Source of the DNA: Podarcis filfolensis
Lineage: Eukaryota
Assembly (NCBI GenBank): GCA_964270895.1
Contig: OZ185440.1
DNA: 64,000 nt
Direction: 5' to 3' (one strand)
This document shows positions 44,001-56,953 of the stretch, one piece after another. The translations under genes and the position numbers were made by a program. Positions within the stretch are counted from its first letter, which is position 1. Every line of letters starts with the position of its first letter. The notes beneath the pieces were generated by a model that searched no databases, was not told the origin of the DNA, and saw nothing but the letters and a program-made list of their open reading frames with translations.

Positions 44001-44946
44001 GGTATTCTCCAAGGGAATGGCTTAAAAAAAGTAGCTGAAGAAATATTTTAAAATGCCTGTCAATAATTAGTTTAAAACAGTCACTGCCTTTATACTTGGG
44101 TTCAAAACAAGAAAGCTGCTGTAGTTAAAAACATGGCCTCCTAGTTGTCCACTGGGTACAGGCAGTAGTTAGTTGCAAGCAATTATGTTTCGATTTCTGT
44201 ATGTGCAGAGTCTTTTTTGGTGGAGTACCCATCTTGCTGTAAGATTGTAAAAATAAAAATAAAAAGGCCATCTTTAATCAGATGTTGCAAAAATTGCTAC
44301 TAAGCGTTTACCAAAAAGAGCTTGGTTCACAAGATAAAGCACAGGTAGCTTATACTTTTTTTAAAGGGCATTTCCATTGCAGTGTGGCCTTCCCCTCAAG
44401 AGAATGGATGCTTTGATCCTTCCATGTAAACATACCAAGTACTATGAAGTTTCTATTAGCTTAACACCCCTCAGAATCCACGCTAAGAATAGCTGGAAAA
44501 CCCATCCTATGAAAGAGATACTACTTTATGTCTTCCAATAATCCACATTCATGTGTGTGACCTTCAAGGGAGCCCTTGCAGACACATAGCAGACTGTAGC
44601 TAGGAATGCAGATGTGCTGGCTGCCCCAGTTACGAAACATACAGTGCTTTCTTCCTTTTACTGGAATCTGAAGGGGATAAGCAAAATCCTTTCCAGACAG
44701 CAAGGCCTGAATTTCCCATCTTTCTTGCTTTTTAAGGGAAGAGGGAAGCACTAGCAACTTGCATTAGTAGTGTATTGGGGATGAATGTCCCTGGCTGCTA
44801 TATGAGGTGGAATTTCGGTATCGTCTCACCCAAGCGCCCAATTTCTGGCCAGTCTCTCTTCAGAAAAGCTACCCTCTTGAGCTGCCCACGCCAAAGTGGG
44901 GGCCGGCCTTCTCACATAATAGAACAGTTCCTCCATGGCTTGTTTT

Positions 44947-45134
44947 TCAAGTAGAGTCATCTAATCCTTTATTCAACGGTGCTGAGTTTGACCCGCAAAG
45001 CCTGTCCATTATGTTCTGCAAGGTGGGCTGGACAATGCCCAGGAGTGGGCGCTGAGAAGGGTCTCCATCCCAACAGGCTTCCATCAGCTGCCAGCATTCC
45101 TCATCAAAAATACGAAGGCGTTCAGGGCGTACTC
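44947..45134 (-). CDS. DSTYK: DSTYK exon 13 (coding part)
   Basis: [62 protein letters not shown]. Confidence 0.96.
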
Positions 45135-48100
45135 CTGAACAAAAAGGAGAACATGGTTATTTGACTGAAAGGGAAAATAATTCATTTGATCTTTGCTACT
45201 TCAGCTTTAATTACACTGGTCAGAGGCATAAGCTGCTTACCTGGGCCATCTGGAAAGAAACCAGACGTAAGCTTCCAATTATGGACAAGGCTCTGAGTCA
45301 ATACACACATTATTAATAGGTATAAATACTGACTTACACAAAGTAGGGTGCACTGGGAAGGTATGGCACCTTACTCATGGAAACTGCTGTTGTGACCACG
45401 AAAGTGTTGCCAGCATTACACTGTTCACATGAGTTGACCACTTATAAGCCGTTTTTCATATGTTGTAACAGTTCTGAAACCTAAAAATTAACACTTCGAA
45501 ACATGTCAAGGCTGCAGCCCCAAGCACACTTACTTGGGAGCAAATCCTACTGAACTGAGGAGACATGTATAGAATTGCACTGCTTAGTTGTACTACAGGT
45601 GCTAGTCCTGTTTTTTCATGAGATACTACGCACTGTAATTTCCACAACTACCATTATCCATAAGACAGGGAAGCTTGGGAAGCTTTCAAATTAAGTATGA
45701 ACTTCATCTTGGGAGGTCGTGTTTGGGGAAGCTTGAAAATAGGCATGAAGTTAAAAGGGTACATTTTAATAACAAAAGGAACTATGCAGGAGGCTCCACT
45801 AATTTAGGTAGCAACTAATAGAGCCCATTGTCCAAAGAATGAAGCATGTTCACAGAGATTCCCAACACTCCAAGCAATGCAAATTCTCAAACACTTTAAG
45901 GGGATTTAAGATATTGCTGGGTGGTTTTTTTTTTTAAAAAAAGAAAACTATTAGTCATGCATGCATGTTTTTGAAAGAATTAGATTGCTGTTGCCTTGTT
46001 CCAAGAAAGTACTGATTATATCTAGTTTGAAGATCTTTAGATGTCTCATTTCTATACGAACATAATACCAAGAGTTGAAATCCTGGTTCTCTGTCAACAT
46101 CTGGAACAGCAGATGAAATTAAGTGTTGTCATTCGTATCTGGCCTATATTTCTGTCGTAGCCCTCATAGCAACTTATAGACTCTTGGGACAGTTAGTTCT
46201 AAACAAAGGTACTCTTTATGTTACAGAACCTTCCTTAAATCACACACGCTATGCTTTGCAGTGCAATTCTAGGCATGTTTACTCAGAAGCAAGTCTTCCT
46301 GGGCAGTTTTAAACTGAAAAGATCCACTAGTGCAAAGCCTTTGGGCTGTGCAAAGGAACTTTGCCTCCATAACTCTGTTCTGGGTTCCTCTCCAACCCTC
46401 CGGAGCAGATTGAGGGAGGGGAAGTTCCATTGCGCAAGAAAAAAATCTGTGCACTAGAGCAGATCTATGTAGTTGGATACCGCCCACCAAGTTCAGTGCA
46501 GCTTACTCCCAGGTAAGTGTGCATAAGACTGCAGCCAGAATTTTTATGCGTTCTAAGCTGTCAACAGTAGCCTGGAAACCACAAACAAAATGAACTGCTC
46601 ATTTTCCCATTTCTCTCAGCCTACCTTAGCTGCTTCAAGTTTTCAGCTGCTGTGAACATAAAGACAACAGCACCAGGAGATGCAAAGACATGAGCACTCC
46701 AGTACTACCTTATCTAGCTTCTGCTGAAAATGCAGAGGGTGTAAAGATTTAGTCAAATGGCTTATTCACTTAGGACAGTCGCTCCAAAAGCATTTAGTCA
46801 AAGCAAATTTCTCTATGCAAAATTGCTTCAAATGTTGGAAGTCTGCTACAAAGCAGCTCACTCACATAAAAAACACTGCATTGGAGCTCTTTGTTCCTTC
46901 TTCAGCCTTGTTTAGGAACAGCAGTTGCATAGCACTGAAGGAGGTTTCTGAAGCTGCCATGAGTTTCAAGGGCTGGCTTGTGTGGCAGCACAGAGGACTG
47001 TGGTTGGAAGAAACAGACCCCAAAGCTCCACCACGAGAGCAGATCTTGACATGCGGTCATTTAGATTAGGAACTTTAGATATAGTCTCCATCCCTTCACA
47101 ACACTGCATTATGTGTTATGCCTACCTCTTCGTACATTGTTCCAAAGGTGGTCCTTGCTTGCACATCTCTCAAAAGCCTCTGGTAACTTGACTTGACCCG
47201 AACAGATGTACCAGAACAAGATGCCAAATGCATATACATCCACAGAATTATCATATTTCCCTGTGGCAGATGAGCAAGAGATACTGGTTGAAGACTAGAA
47301 AGCATAAGATTGTTGTCAGGAAATAGCAGCACACTGGGTCACTGGGGACTCCAACACAACCTAGAGCTTAGTTAAGGCAACTTTATTTTCAGCAGTGATA
47401 CTACTCTTAAATGCTCCTGCTTGGGACAAAAGCACACTCAAATGCTCTTCCCACACAAGTCCACTGGATCAAGTCAGGCGCCACCATGCCTTTGATGCTC
47501 TGATGTTTATCCTGGAGCCTGATGACAGTGACAGTTCCTTCTCATCTGATCTTGTGGACTCATATGGGAAGAATATTAAGATGTTCTTCAGGGGTGTGGC
47601 ACTCGCCATACAGCTACACAATACAGTGGGAGTTAGCTACACAGTTTGTGGAGAGGAGAAAGGGATATCCTATCGCTAGCACTGAATTAAATCATTTCCT
47701 ACATGTGCCCCATAACAACCACCAAGGATCAATACCAAGGGCACCTTTAGTTATTACATTTGTGTCAGTTCAACCATATGAGCACAAAGAGGTATTCTCT
47801 GTGGCCATCCCCACCAAATTAGGAAAATTCCCCCTCCAGGTAGACTTGCTGAAGTCCAAGTGTGAGCACTTTTTGGAAGCTTTGTAAGAACTGTTTGGGC
47901 TTCATGGTTTGAGCTGGTCTTTTAGAGTGATGCTATTTTACTCTGGTTTGCTAAGGATTTATGCTGATTGTCCACATCCACCCTGGGTCTTCATAATGAG
48001 GCAGGTTATAGAATAGAGGGCCCTGCATAGCTAATCCTTTAACAAAAATAAAATTCTAACAGGACAGAAGTATCGAAGCATTCATTTGGGACAAGAGAGA

Positions 48101-51100
48101 TTCAAAGGTAAGAATTAATTTATCTAAGGGTATTTTGATCTGCAATCCAACATCTACCTGTTTCTTCATTGGTAATGACCCACACAGTTCAATGTGTCAT
48201 ATCTCCTTGAAAGCATACTCCTCCCCTCCCTGGGGATACATGCATGTATATGCCAAACTTCCTGGCAGAAGCATCCCTCTAACTGTACACATGTAGTTTT
48301 GTCATCTTAAGGGAACGGACCTCAAATTCTTCATGGCTAACAGTCCATAGGAAGATCTATGATAAGTTTACCTGTGAAGAGTTCAGGAGCCATATGGATA
48401 GGGGTCCCAACAATACTGCCGGACATCATCGCCTCAGGTTTGCAGAATCCCAGGTCTGTGATTTTAGCTCTACTGTTTTTATCAAGCTGTAAAGGATACA
48501 AACTACTCATACCCAAGCCTCAAAACTTATCAAAAGAGACCAGCATGCCATCACTGTAGTACAAGTGTCTTCTACAAACAATCCCAGCTAGCACATTATT
48601 AATGTATTTGCTGAACCAAGCTGAAGTTCATTATCTAGCCCAGCACAAAAATAATCACCAATTCCTTACTTTGTTTTTTCTTATAATTTTGTGTTACCTG
48701 ATGCTGGCCTGGAGATTCCTAGCTAACGGCCACAGATACACCTAATCCTTTATGAAACGGTAACAGTGTAAAAGTAGTCCTCTAAACTAACTGCCATCAC
48801 CACATCTTGTGGAAATGAAAGTCTGAACAGATGAAGGGTATATTAGCCTTCTGATCATTCAAAGGATCAGAAAAGATAGCTCTTTGTTACTCCAGTCAAT
48901 TTTACTCTGGCTGAGCTCCCTTTAGATGTGCCTCAGTTTCTGATCTTCCCCCTGGGTTTATCTGTGATCGGGTATGGTTGTCTTTTCTTTATAAGGAAAT
49001 TGGTCCAGTCATATGAAAACCTAGATATTCTTGAGTTTCTTGTTCAGCACTTGAGTCTGTCTTTTTGGGCAGCACCATTGTCCTTTGGTGTTCTATATAC
49101 AGCAAAGTACAGGTTTTGTGCTTCACAATGGCAGTGATCACTTTTGCTCGTGCCTTTCCCCCACCCCCACCCCCCTTTTGAAAAAAGTGCTTTTTACATT
49201 TTTAAGAAGTTATAAAGCAGACATACAATTCCAAGGAATGGTTTTAACATGGCCATTATTTATGTACTGATGTCTTGTTCCATTTTAGCAAAGAGAATGA
49301 TGCTCGAGGCAAAAAGCTGTCCCTTACCAATACATTTTTAAGTTTGATGTCTCTGTGAACGAGCCCCTGGCTGTGAAGAAATCGAATCCCTTCTACTACA
49401 TCCAAGGCAATCTGCAATCTTATCTCCAATGTCAACTCAGCCTGAGGGGAAAGTGGGGGAAAAACCTTATTATCAATCCCTTAATGGGATTCACATCTAT
49501 GGTTATTAGGCAGTGCTTCTTGCCTAAGATGAAGCAACTCCAACAAAACAGATCCTTTAACATTGTTTCTTCCTTAAACAAGCGGGTCAGAGAGTAGTTC
49601 TGCTGCTATTGTCTTAATCCGTTCTACTGAAGCATACAGTTTTAGTCCCACAATGGTAGCCAGGATCAGGTGTTGTGTGCGCTCTCTCGCTCTATCTAAT
49701 GAAATATATAACAATATAAAAAAATGCCTTTACAGTTGTACTTGTGATCAGACCATTAACCCTAGATTTTACCCGCTGCTAACCAAAAATGTAGTAGGGC
49801 TGAGGTTGGGAGGTGAAGAAGAGACCATCTGATCTACCAATAGTCAGGATCAATGTGAAGGGAGCATAGCTGCCAAAATTGTAAAGCCAAATTATAACTT
49901 ATCAACTTGTCTATGGATAGGCAGTTCACTGCCCAAGGCAGTAGCTTCTGTATTCTCTAGAGACTCCAAGAATGCAGAAGTATATTAGCTTGTAAGTTAA
50001 AAGAGGTGGGGGGGGCTGAAGCCTAGCACAGCCCAAAGAGGACTGGGCATCCTTAGTAGCTTTCCAGAGCTATGGAATAGTGAAGATGTCATGGTCTGGG
50101 GGAGCAGGGGAAAGAGAAAATTGACTTGGTTGGACCTTTAACAACTTATAGTAGCCACAGTGACAGTTTGGGTACATGAGTGAACCTCTCCTCACTGAAA
50201 TACACAGGCTTCAGGAGGCAAAAGGAAATATGCCATTGCCTTTTATAACTCTAAAGTCTTTGCCACCCTGTAATATGACAATATAGGGTTAATCCAAGTG
50301 CTTTATAACACAGTTGGGGAATATTTCAGGTGGGTAGGAAACAAAAAGCCTGCAAAAACCTCTCCTCCCACAAGAACCCTAGAGTCCTGCAAGGCTTGTG
50401 TTTCATGCTGGCTAGAGGCGTGAAGAGGAGTACTTGTGTTATGAGTTGGGGATACTCTGCAACTTTTTATTATCTCCACTGATTCAAGTATAATGAAAAG
50501 CACACTTGTGCATAGAAATGAAAAGCTACCAGAGATTATCAAATATTTACACTGTCCATTTTCCATTTAATTGTTTTAATTTCTCACCTTTAATCCTGTA
50601 TACAGGTCTCTGTGCAATTGTTCCATTATCAGTAGAACAGCAATGCTGGAACCTCCACCATACCCATAATCTATCACTGATCCATGAAGATCTACCAACC
50701 GCTCATGCTTTGGTAAAGATCTGGAGAAAGATGCAGCACAAGAGTCAAGAATAATGGATTTATGTCTTCTAAGGAGATAAGGCATTTCCCCCCAGTCCCC
50801 ATTCTACAAAAACATACAAGGCACACACCATTATTTCCAAATGACTATTCATGTTAACAGAATAACTGTGCAAGCTAGATATGCAATACAAATGTGCAGT
50901 TTCAAGATATAGCAAATACCAGCTTTCCCCAACTGCTGCACTACCTAGGTGTTTTTGAACTGCAACCTTCCCCATCCCAGGCCATTTACCATGCTAGTTG
51001 AGGCTGATGGGAGTTGTAGCCAATCATCTAGAGGGTGCCATATTGCAGAAGGATGACATAGGCAACCTAATTCTTCAGAGTATGAAGACAAGTATCAATA

Positions 51101-54100
51101 GAAATTTCACCAAGGAACTCAACATCGTTATTTTATATTGTCATGGTTTCAATTAAGAAGGTTCCAAATAGCCCTTTGTGCATACGTGAGAGGAATTTTG
51201 TGTCAGTCATCGGACTCTGTCAAACCACTGCTACAAAATATAGTTAAGTGCCAGGTTAATGTATGTTTATTACGGAAGAGTTTAATGCCACCTACCTCAT
51301 ATAGTGAAACTCAAGTGCAAGGTCATTCCAGTGCTTCTCATCTGGTGGAACAACAGATTTGAGGGCACAAGGGAAGTGGCCCCCCCAGGCATTGCACAAG
51401 TACACCACTCCATACTGCCCTCGGCCCAGCTCACGGCCTAGCTTTGGTTTACCTGAAATATAAGCACCCGCTTGTCAACTTGTTTTTCTCTTTTTAGCCA
51501 ATTTTTTTTTTACTGATTTCCCATAATTTTTATTGTCAATGTGTTTTCTATGTCCCTCCCCAGTAGTATGTATTCCTCAGGATTCATTCCCTCAGTGTGT
51601 CTGGAACAGTACAGAACAAGTCTCATTGTTTCATAAGAAAATTCTGGAAAGTCATCAATAAAATGAGATGTGCAGACAAGGCACTGCTCACCATGTAACA
51701 AAACATCCTGTAAGGACCTGCTTTCCAGTGAGAGACGGGCAAGCCGAGGGGCATGGTCTTTTCGCACCTTCAACCAAAGATCTTCTGTCTTCTCCAGCCT
51801 GCCCGAGTGGCCAGCCTCTAGCTAACAAAACATAAGGCCAAATTTAAGTAAGGTTTTGCTGTCCTGCTGGTCACACCTAGAACTGAATTTCCATAACCCG
51901 CTCCCCTGTTTTCTCTTTGTTAAAGAATGAAACAGGTTCTCAGTTTGAAATGTTTGTTCTGTAGAATATTCATTTCCATGGATTATAGAATCACAGAATT
52001 CTAGAGCCGGAAGGGACCACAAGGGGCATCTAGTCCAACCCTCCTGCAGTGCAGGAATCTTTTTGCCCCGAACACCTGCATATTCATGTGATCATAGCCC
52101 ATGGAGAATGTGCTAGGACATATTCTCTTTCTAAGCTGCTCTTCTGGAAAAAAAGCATGTAACATTTTTTCCTTGTGAAAAAACCCTCTATGAACTACAT
52201 GGATGGAATGCTGTGATAAATGTTCCCTTTGCGAAGCATTTCAGCTTGCTAAAGGTAAAGGTACCCCTGCCTGTACGGGCCAGTCGTGTCCGACTCTGGG
52301 GTTGCGTGCTCATCTCGCTCTAGAGGCCGTGAGCCGGCGCCGTCCGAAGAAACTTCCGGGTCACGTGGCCAGCGTGACGAAGCTGCAGCTGTACCTATTT
52401 ATCCAAAGCGGTACCTATTTATCTACTTGCACTTAAGGGTGCTTTCAAACTGCTAGGTGGGCAGGAGCTGGGACCGAACGACGGGAGCTCACCCCGCCGC
52501 GGGGATTCGAACCACCGACCATACGATCGGCAAGTCCTAGGCACTGAGGTTTTACCCACAGCGCCACCAAAACAATTTCCCCTCTGCTCCTCCCACACAC
52601 TGTTCTGTGGGTTCCCCAAACCCCGCAGAACCAATTTCAGAGTGTGTAAGGATGAACAGGAGGATTGGGGAGGAAAGCCTTATCGCACTAGTGGAAGCCG
52701 TTAGGTAAAGAGCTCATTAGGAGAATCCTGCCCTAAGATTTTCAGGTCACGTTATTGGAATATATTGCCCAACATGGGGCTTGAACTCACAACCCTGAGA
52801 TTAAGAGTCTCATGTTCTACCAACTGAGCTATCCACAGCCCTTGTGTTGCCTCATTAGTTTAGCAAAACTATATAAAAAGGTGCAGTTTCTCATCAACAG
52901 AGGTTCATAGTACCTAGGAAGGCAGAGAAAAGGCAGCAATCTCAACTTCTCCATAGGTTTCAGAGACCACTACTATAGCTGGCTCATTTAGTTCTTTAAA
53001 GCTCAACATGACACTGCCAAAAAGGGCACATTCTCAGGCACTTTTGTGAGTTGGAGAATGAACCCTATTGTGTGGTCACTTCCACCTCTATCACCATTAA
53101 AATGCCCCTAGAAGAAGCAATTGCAATAATGACCCAATGGTCCTCCAGTCCCATAGAACAAGAACTGCTAGTGTTTTTATAGCCATTTTTGCCCATCTTA
53201 AAAAGTCAGAAGAAACAGCAGAGCATCTGTGTGGCTTCTTCTTCTTCTTCTTCTTTTAGTGGCAAGGAGTACAGAGAGGATAGGCAGGCAATTGTCAATT
53301 ATTTGAAAAATGGTCAAGTTTCATCTAAAGAGAATTGCAATGAACAACGATCCAACTGACCTGTCGCAAGGAAGCTGCAAAAGCATCATGAGAAATGTAT
53401 AGTCTTGTTCGGAACTGGCTACAGATGCTCTTGGCCAGCCTTGATGCGCTGAGACTCTCAATGGCATCCTGAGCTACTTTCCTTTTCCACTCTGTGGTGA
53501 TAGCTGGTGGGCTCACCCAAGTAATCCGCTGTATTATCTGAATAAGACATATGTCTCATTGTCAAAACTCAAGCACATTTCAGCTGAGTTGTGGGAGAAG
53601 AATAGAAACAGCACACCCACTTGTATAAATAAATTTCTGCTGTGCAAGCAGGTAGACATCATTAGATGTCACCCACCATACAGGTCAAATAACAAGAAAA
53701 TCAGAATAATGGGGAATGAGCGAATGAGAATACAAGTTGTTTGTTTGCAACTGTGGTATGGGTATGTGGGTGATATTGCAGCATTTTTACCACATTCTTC
53801 AGCTGAAAGTGCTCCCAAAGCCACTGACATTCAGGCAATTTAAACAGGATGGCCTGCAGGTTTATAAAAACAAACCAGCATACGTACAAAAATACAACAT
53901 ACAAGGAAAAAGGAATAGGAAAGGAGGAGGAAAAAAGCAAAACCATGTGCCAATTCTTAAACAGTAGTTCTTGTAATGACCAACTAGAATGGAGATTCTT
54001 TATGGAGCTGGAATTTCAGCAGAGCTGATAGAATAAGCCCTGCTTCCAATCTTCCCTATTAAAGCAGCTTGCTGGAATGACTGCTAACATGTCAGCTGAG

Positions 54101-56237
54101 GGACAGAGAGACTCAAAGGATGGTACAGACAAAGGCAGATCTACCAAAGATAAGGTCCCATTACAGTTACTAGGAGAGAGCTTTTACGATCAGAATATTT
54201 AATACCTGCTTGATTTGTTCCCATAGCATTCTAGATACTGTTGAACCGGAGTGAAAGGTGATCTCAACATTGTAGGCTGCATTCAGTATCTATAAGCAGA
54301 AAATATATTAAATAAGCCACTGAAAACTGAAGGAATTGCTTATTAGGTAGATTAAGCAAACAAATATAATACCTTAAAAGCAAGTGTCTTCATTTGTAAT
54401 CTGGAAGAATTGCAATGAGCTCAAATTCTTTCCTTAAATTACAACTTAAAGCAAAAAATCTGTTTGGCGCCATAACACAAAAGATATCAAATTATTTTAC
54501 CAATTCACTTTGTCACCACTGATTACAGGCTACAGCCAACATTCTAGAAACTGATCTGCAATACCAGGTCAGTAATTTTGCATTACTTTTACCTGCTTTA
54601 GATAGTTGCTTGTGATATGTACTGTAACATCTTGCTGAGATTTCTCCAGACTCTTTAGACATCTTTCCAGAGTTCCCACAAAGCTCTCCCGCAGATAGTC
54701 CACAGAATTTATCAACTTGTTGGCAACTGCTTGGTTTAACCGTGATATTATCAGTTCTTGGATTTGCTTAATGCAACATTTAACATCTCTGGAACTAATA
54801 GGCTCTCCGTTTTCAGGAACTATAATATCTAGAGGGAACAGAAGGAAATCCAAGATCGAAAAGAAGCATAATTTCACAATTCCAGCATATTAGCAGCCAC
54901 CCAGAACTAGTGTACAGTAAATTTAATGACTAAAGTGCAAAGAAAGCCTCACTAGCTGGACTGGATTGGTTCTGAAATACTGCAATAAATTAATCACTTT
55001 GATCCTTTGATGTCAATGGGGAGCTAAGCATTGGCTTAAATCTTTCTAATTTAATTCAGTGTGACAAGATGTAATCTTATACCATGTACCTGGGAATAAG
55101 CCCCCCTGAATGCAACAGGATTCACCTCTGAGTAGAAATATATAAAATTGTGTTGTTTTAAGTGTTTATACCCAGGTTGGGTCACACTTTTGATTACAGT
55201 TATAAAACTGTATTCAAGAGATGTTTACAAGCTTTTAAGACAATCAAATCTTGTTCACTTGGATACAAATATCTGCAAAGTTTGACATTTTAGCTAAACA
55301 CATTACGCTACTCTATGCTGACATTCCTTACAGATTATTGGGGCGGGGGGAGAAATCTGGTGAAGAATTTCACTATACAACGGCTTGCTCAGAGTTGAAG
55401 TGCATGCACGCAGCAGGTGAAAGAAGTTGAAAACAGAGGTAGCTGACCCACAGCCTCCAGTTCTTGTTGGACTAAACCCCTCATCATCTCTGACCCCTGG
55501 CCATGCTGACTGATACTGATAGGAGTCGGAGTCCAACAACATTTTTAAGGCTTTTGGTTTTTCCGGAAATTACCTTTGAATTCCATATTAGCAGCATCTT
55601 CCAGCAGTTCTTCTTTCATGTTATTGAGAGTCTCAATGATCATGTCCTTCATCTCCTCTTGTTTGCGGTTAGCTATGACCATCAGAGATTCATACAGCTC
55701 GTTCTCTTTTTTCCGTGTGTACTCTAGACGCTTTGGAGTGATCTGAAGGTCTCGTTGCATATCAAAGGCCTGGTTGATGAAAATGTCCAGGCAACGGCAG
55801 TGCACTAGGTTCAAGACGGTCGCTGCATCCACCAAGCGCTGCTGCAGCACCTGCCTGGAGAAAGTGCTAAGAAGACGGATCTTATCCGATTGTTCCACCA
55901 GCATGCTCTGGGCTTTGGCATCAGAGCTGGGAGCTCCACAGCTGCAATGGTTCGTACTAAGGTAGCCTAAATCCAGCAGCTGCCGGTAAAGGGACGACTT
56001 TTCATTCTCCGCATTCTGAGGGGATATCAGTTCAGCACCCAAATTTGGCACTTTGAAAAAGAAGACGGGCAGAGAGAATTTCTCTTTAATCTCCTGCAGT
56101 TCATTCACATCCAGCGTAGAGAGTTCTGCCTCACTGATAGCAAACGTGATGACTGGAAGGAAATGGTTCACGTATTCTCCCAAAGTGACTTCAGCTGACT
56201 GGAATCCCCGACAAGGAGCTACCACAATGTCCACTTC
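44947..56237 (-). CDS. DSTYK: Dual serine/threonine and tyrosine protein kinase (RIPK5), 5' partial: exons 3-13, 710 aa to the stop
   Basis: Exons 55574-56237, 54593-54828, 54206-54289, 53361-53537, 51692-51821, 51296-51452, 50588-50720, 49328-49441, 48372-48486, 47126-47260 and 44947-45134 total 2133 nt in frame. Kinase motifs [23 protein letters not shown] are present and the C-terminus is GLDDST*. Exons 1-2 were not found in 56238-64000. Confidence 0.98.
47126..47260 (-). CDS. DSTYK: DSTYK exon 12
   Basis: [45 protein letters not shown]. Confidence 0.96.
48372..48486 (-). CDS. DSTYK: DSTYK exon 11 (activation segment)
   Basis: [38 protein letters not shown]. Confidence 0.96.
49328..49441 (-). 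CDS. DSTYK: DSTYK exon 10 (catalytic loop)
   Basis: [38 protein letters not shown]. Confidence 0.96.
50588..50720 (-). CDS. DSTYK: DSTYK exon 9
   Basis: [44 protein letters not shown]. Confidence 0.97.
51296..51452 (-). CDS. DSTYK: DSTYK exon 8 (Gly loop, VAIK-type Lys)
   Basis: [52 protein letters not shown]. Confidence 0.97.
51692..51821 (-). CDS. DSTYK: DSTYK exon 7
   Basis: [43 protein letters not shown]. Confidence 0.96.
51984..52060 (-). mobile_element. CR1 LINE 3' end fragment
   Basis: tagaatcacagaattctagagccggaagggacc...catctagtccaaccc is the reverse complement of the CR1 terminal region with its ATTCTRTG-type repeat. Confidence 0.7.
52250..52568 (-). mobile_element. Sauria SINE (different, CpG-rich subfamily) with an internal deletion and duplication
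   Basis: aaaggtaaaggtacccct tail, GGGGATTCGAACC B box, and a duplicated GTACCTATTTATC where the central body is missing. Confidence 0.88.
52766..52838 (-). pseudogene. tRNA-Lys(CTT) pseudogene / tRNA-derived fragment
   Basis: CTGTGGATAGCTCAGTTGGTAGAACATGAGACTCTTAATCTCAGGGTTGTGAGTTCAAGCCCCATGTTGGGCA matches vertebrate tRNA-Lys-CTT, but most changes are CpG decay and the acceptor stem is broken. Confidence 0.82.
53361..53537 (-). CDS. DSTYK: DSTYK exon 6
   Basis: [59 protein letters not shown]. Confidence 0.96.
54206..54289 (-). CDS. DSTYK: DSTYK exon 5
   Basis: [28 protein letters not shown]. Confidence 0.95.
54593..54828 (-). CDS. DSTYK: DSTYK exon 4
   Basis: [22 protein letters not shown]...ITSNYLKQ. 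Confidence 0.97.
55434..55550. repeat. Hairpin MITE family copy just downstream of the DSTYK exon 3 donor
   Basis: ttgttggactaaacccctcatc ... gataggagtcggagtccaacaa inverted arms. Confidence 0.55.
55574..56237 (-). CDS. DSTYK: DSTYK exon 3
   Basis: cctatag|GAA GTG GAC ... TTC AAA G|gtaatt; EVDIVVAPC...AANMEFK. Confidence 0.97.
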
Positions 56238-56767
56238 CTATAGGCAGCAAAAGAAATAGGATTTTAACATTAAGGCTGTAGCAACCCGAGCTTTGCAGCT
56301 GGCACTCCACCCATTCTTCATCTACAACAAGAAACCTCCCCTACCTGCATTCAAGTGGAATTGGAGAAAGACGCAAACCACTTACGTATTTCCTTTTGTT
56401 TTTAATGAAGAAATTCAGAAAATGCTTCTAAATGAGAAGAAGAAAAAATAATTCTTTTCAGGGCTGCCTTTCCCAAATCTAGTGCCCTCAATAAGTTTTG
56501 GACTCCCAGATCTCATGGCCAATTATCAGGGATGGTAAATTACATAATCCAAGAACAGTTGGAGGGCACTTGGGTCAGTAAGACTGGGGGCGATTTTTAA
56601 AACCCTATGTGCAAAAGGCCCTTTTTTCATTCCTATGGGTTTTGTTTTTTAAACAAGTCTAAGCACAGTATAGTAGGAAATACCACTCCACCCCCACCCA
56701 CCCCCTGGCAGGGTACACAGAGCAAACAGGAAACCAGCAACAAGAATGTGACCTAATTCCTCTAGAA

Positions 56768-56953
56768 CAGTGGTTGCGAACTGGTGGTCCCTGGACCCCT
56801 GGGAGTCTGCATAACCTACCCAGGTGGTCTGTGGCATCATTCACATAACAAAAACTATCACACACAGATATCAAAACTTTCAAAAGTAGGAGGGTCCATG
56901 GCTTGGCGTTTGAAAAACGGGGTCCACAGTACTTAGCCAATCGGGAACTACTG
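56768..56953. mobile_element. hAT (Charlie-like) MITE
   Basis: CAGTGGTTGCGAAC / GGGAACTACTG termini flanked by CTAGAA on both sides. Confidence 0.55.

Noticed and set aside
48440-48460. DLG instead of DFG in the DSTYK activation loop
   Set aside because: Normal for the DSTYK family, not a sign of a pseudokinase here. Catalytic Lys, HRD and APE are intact.
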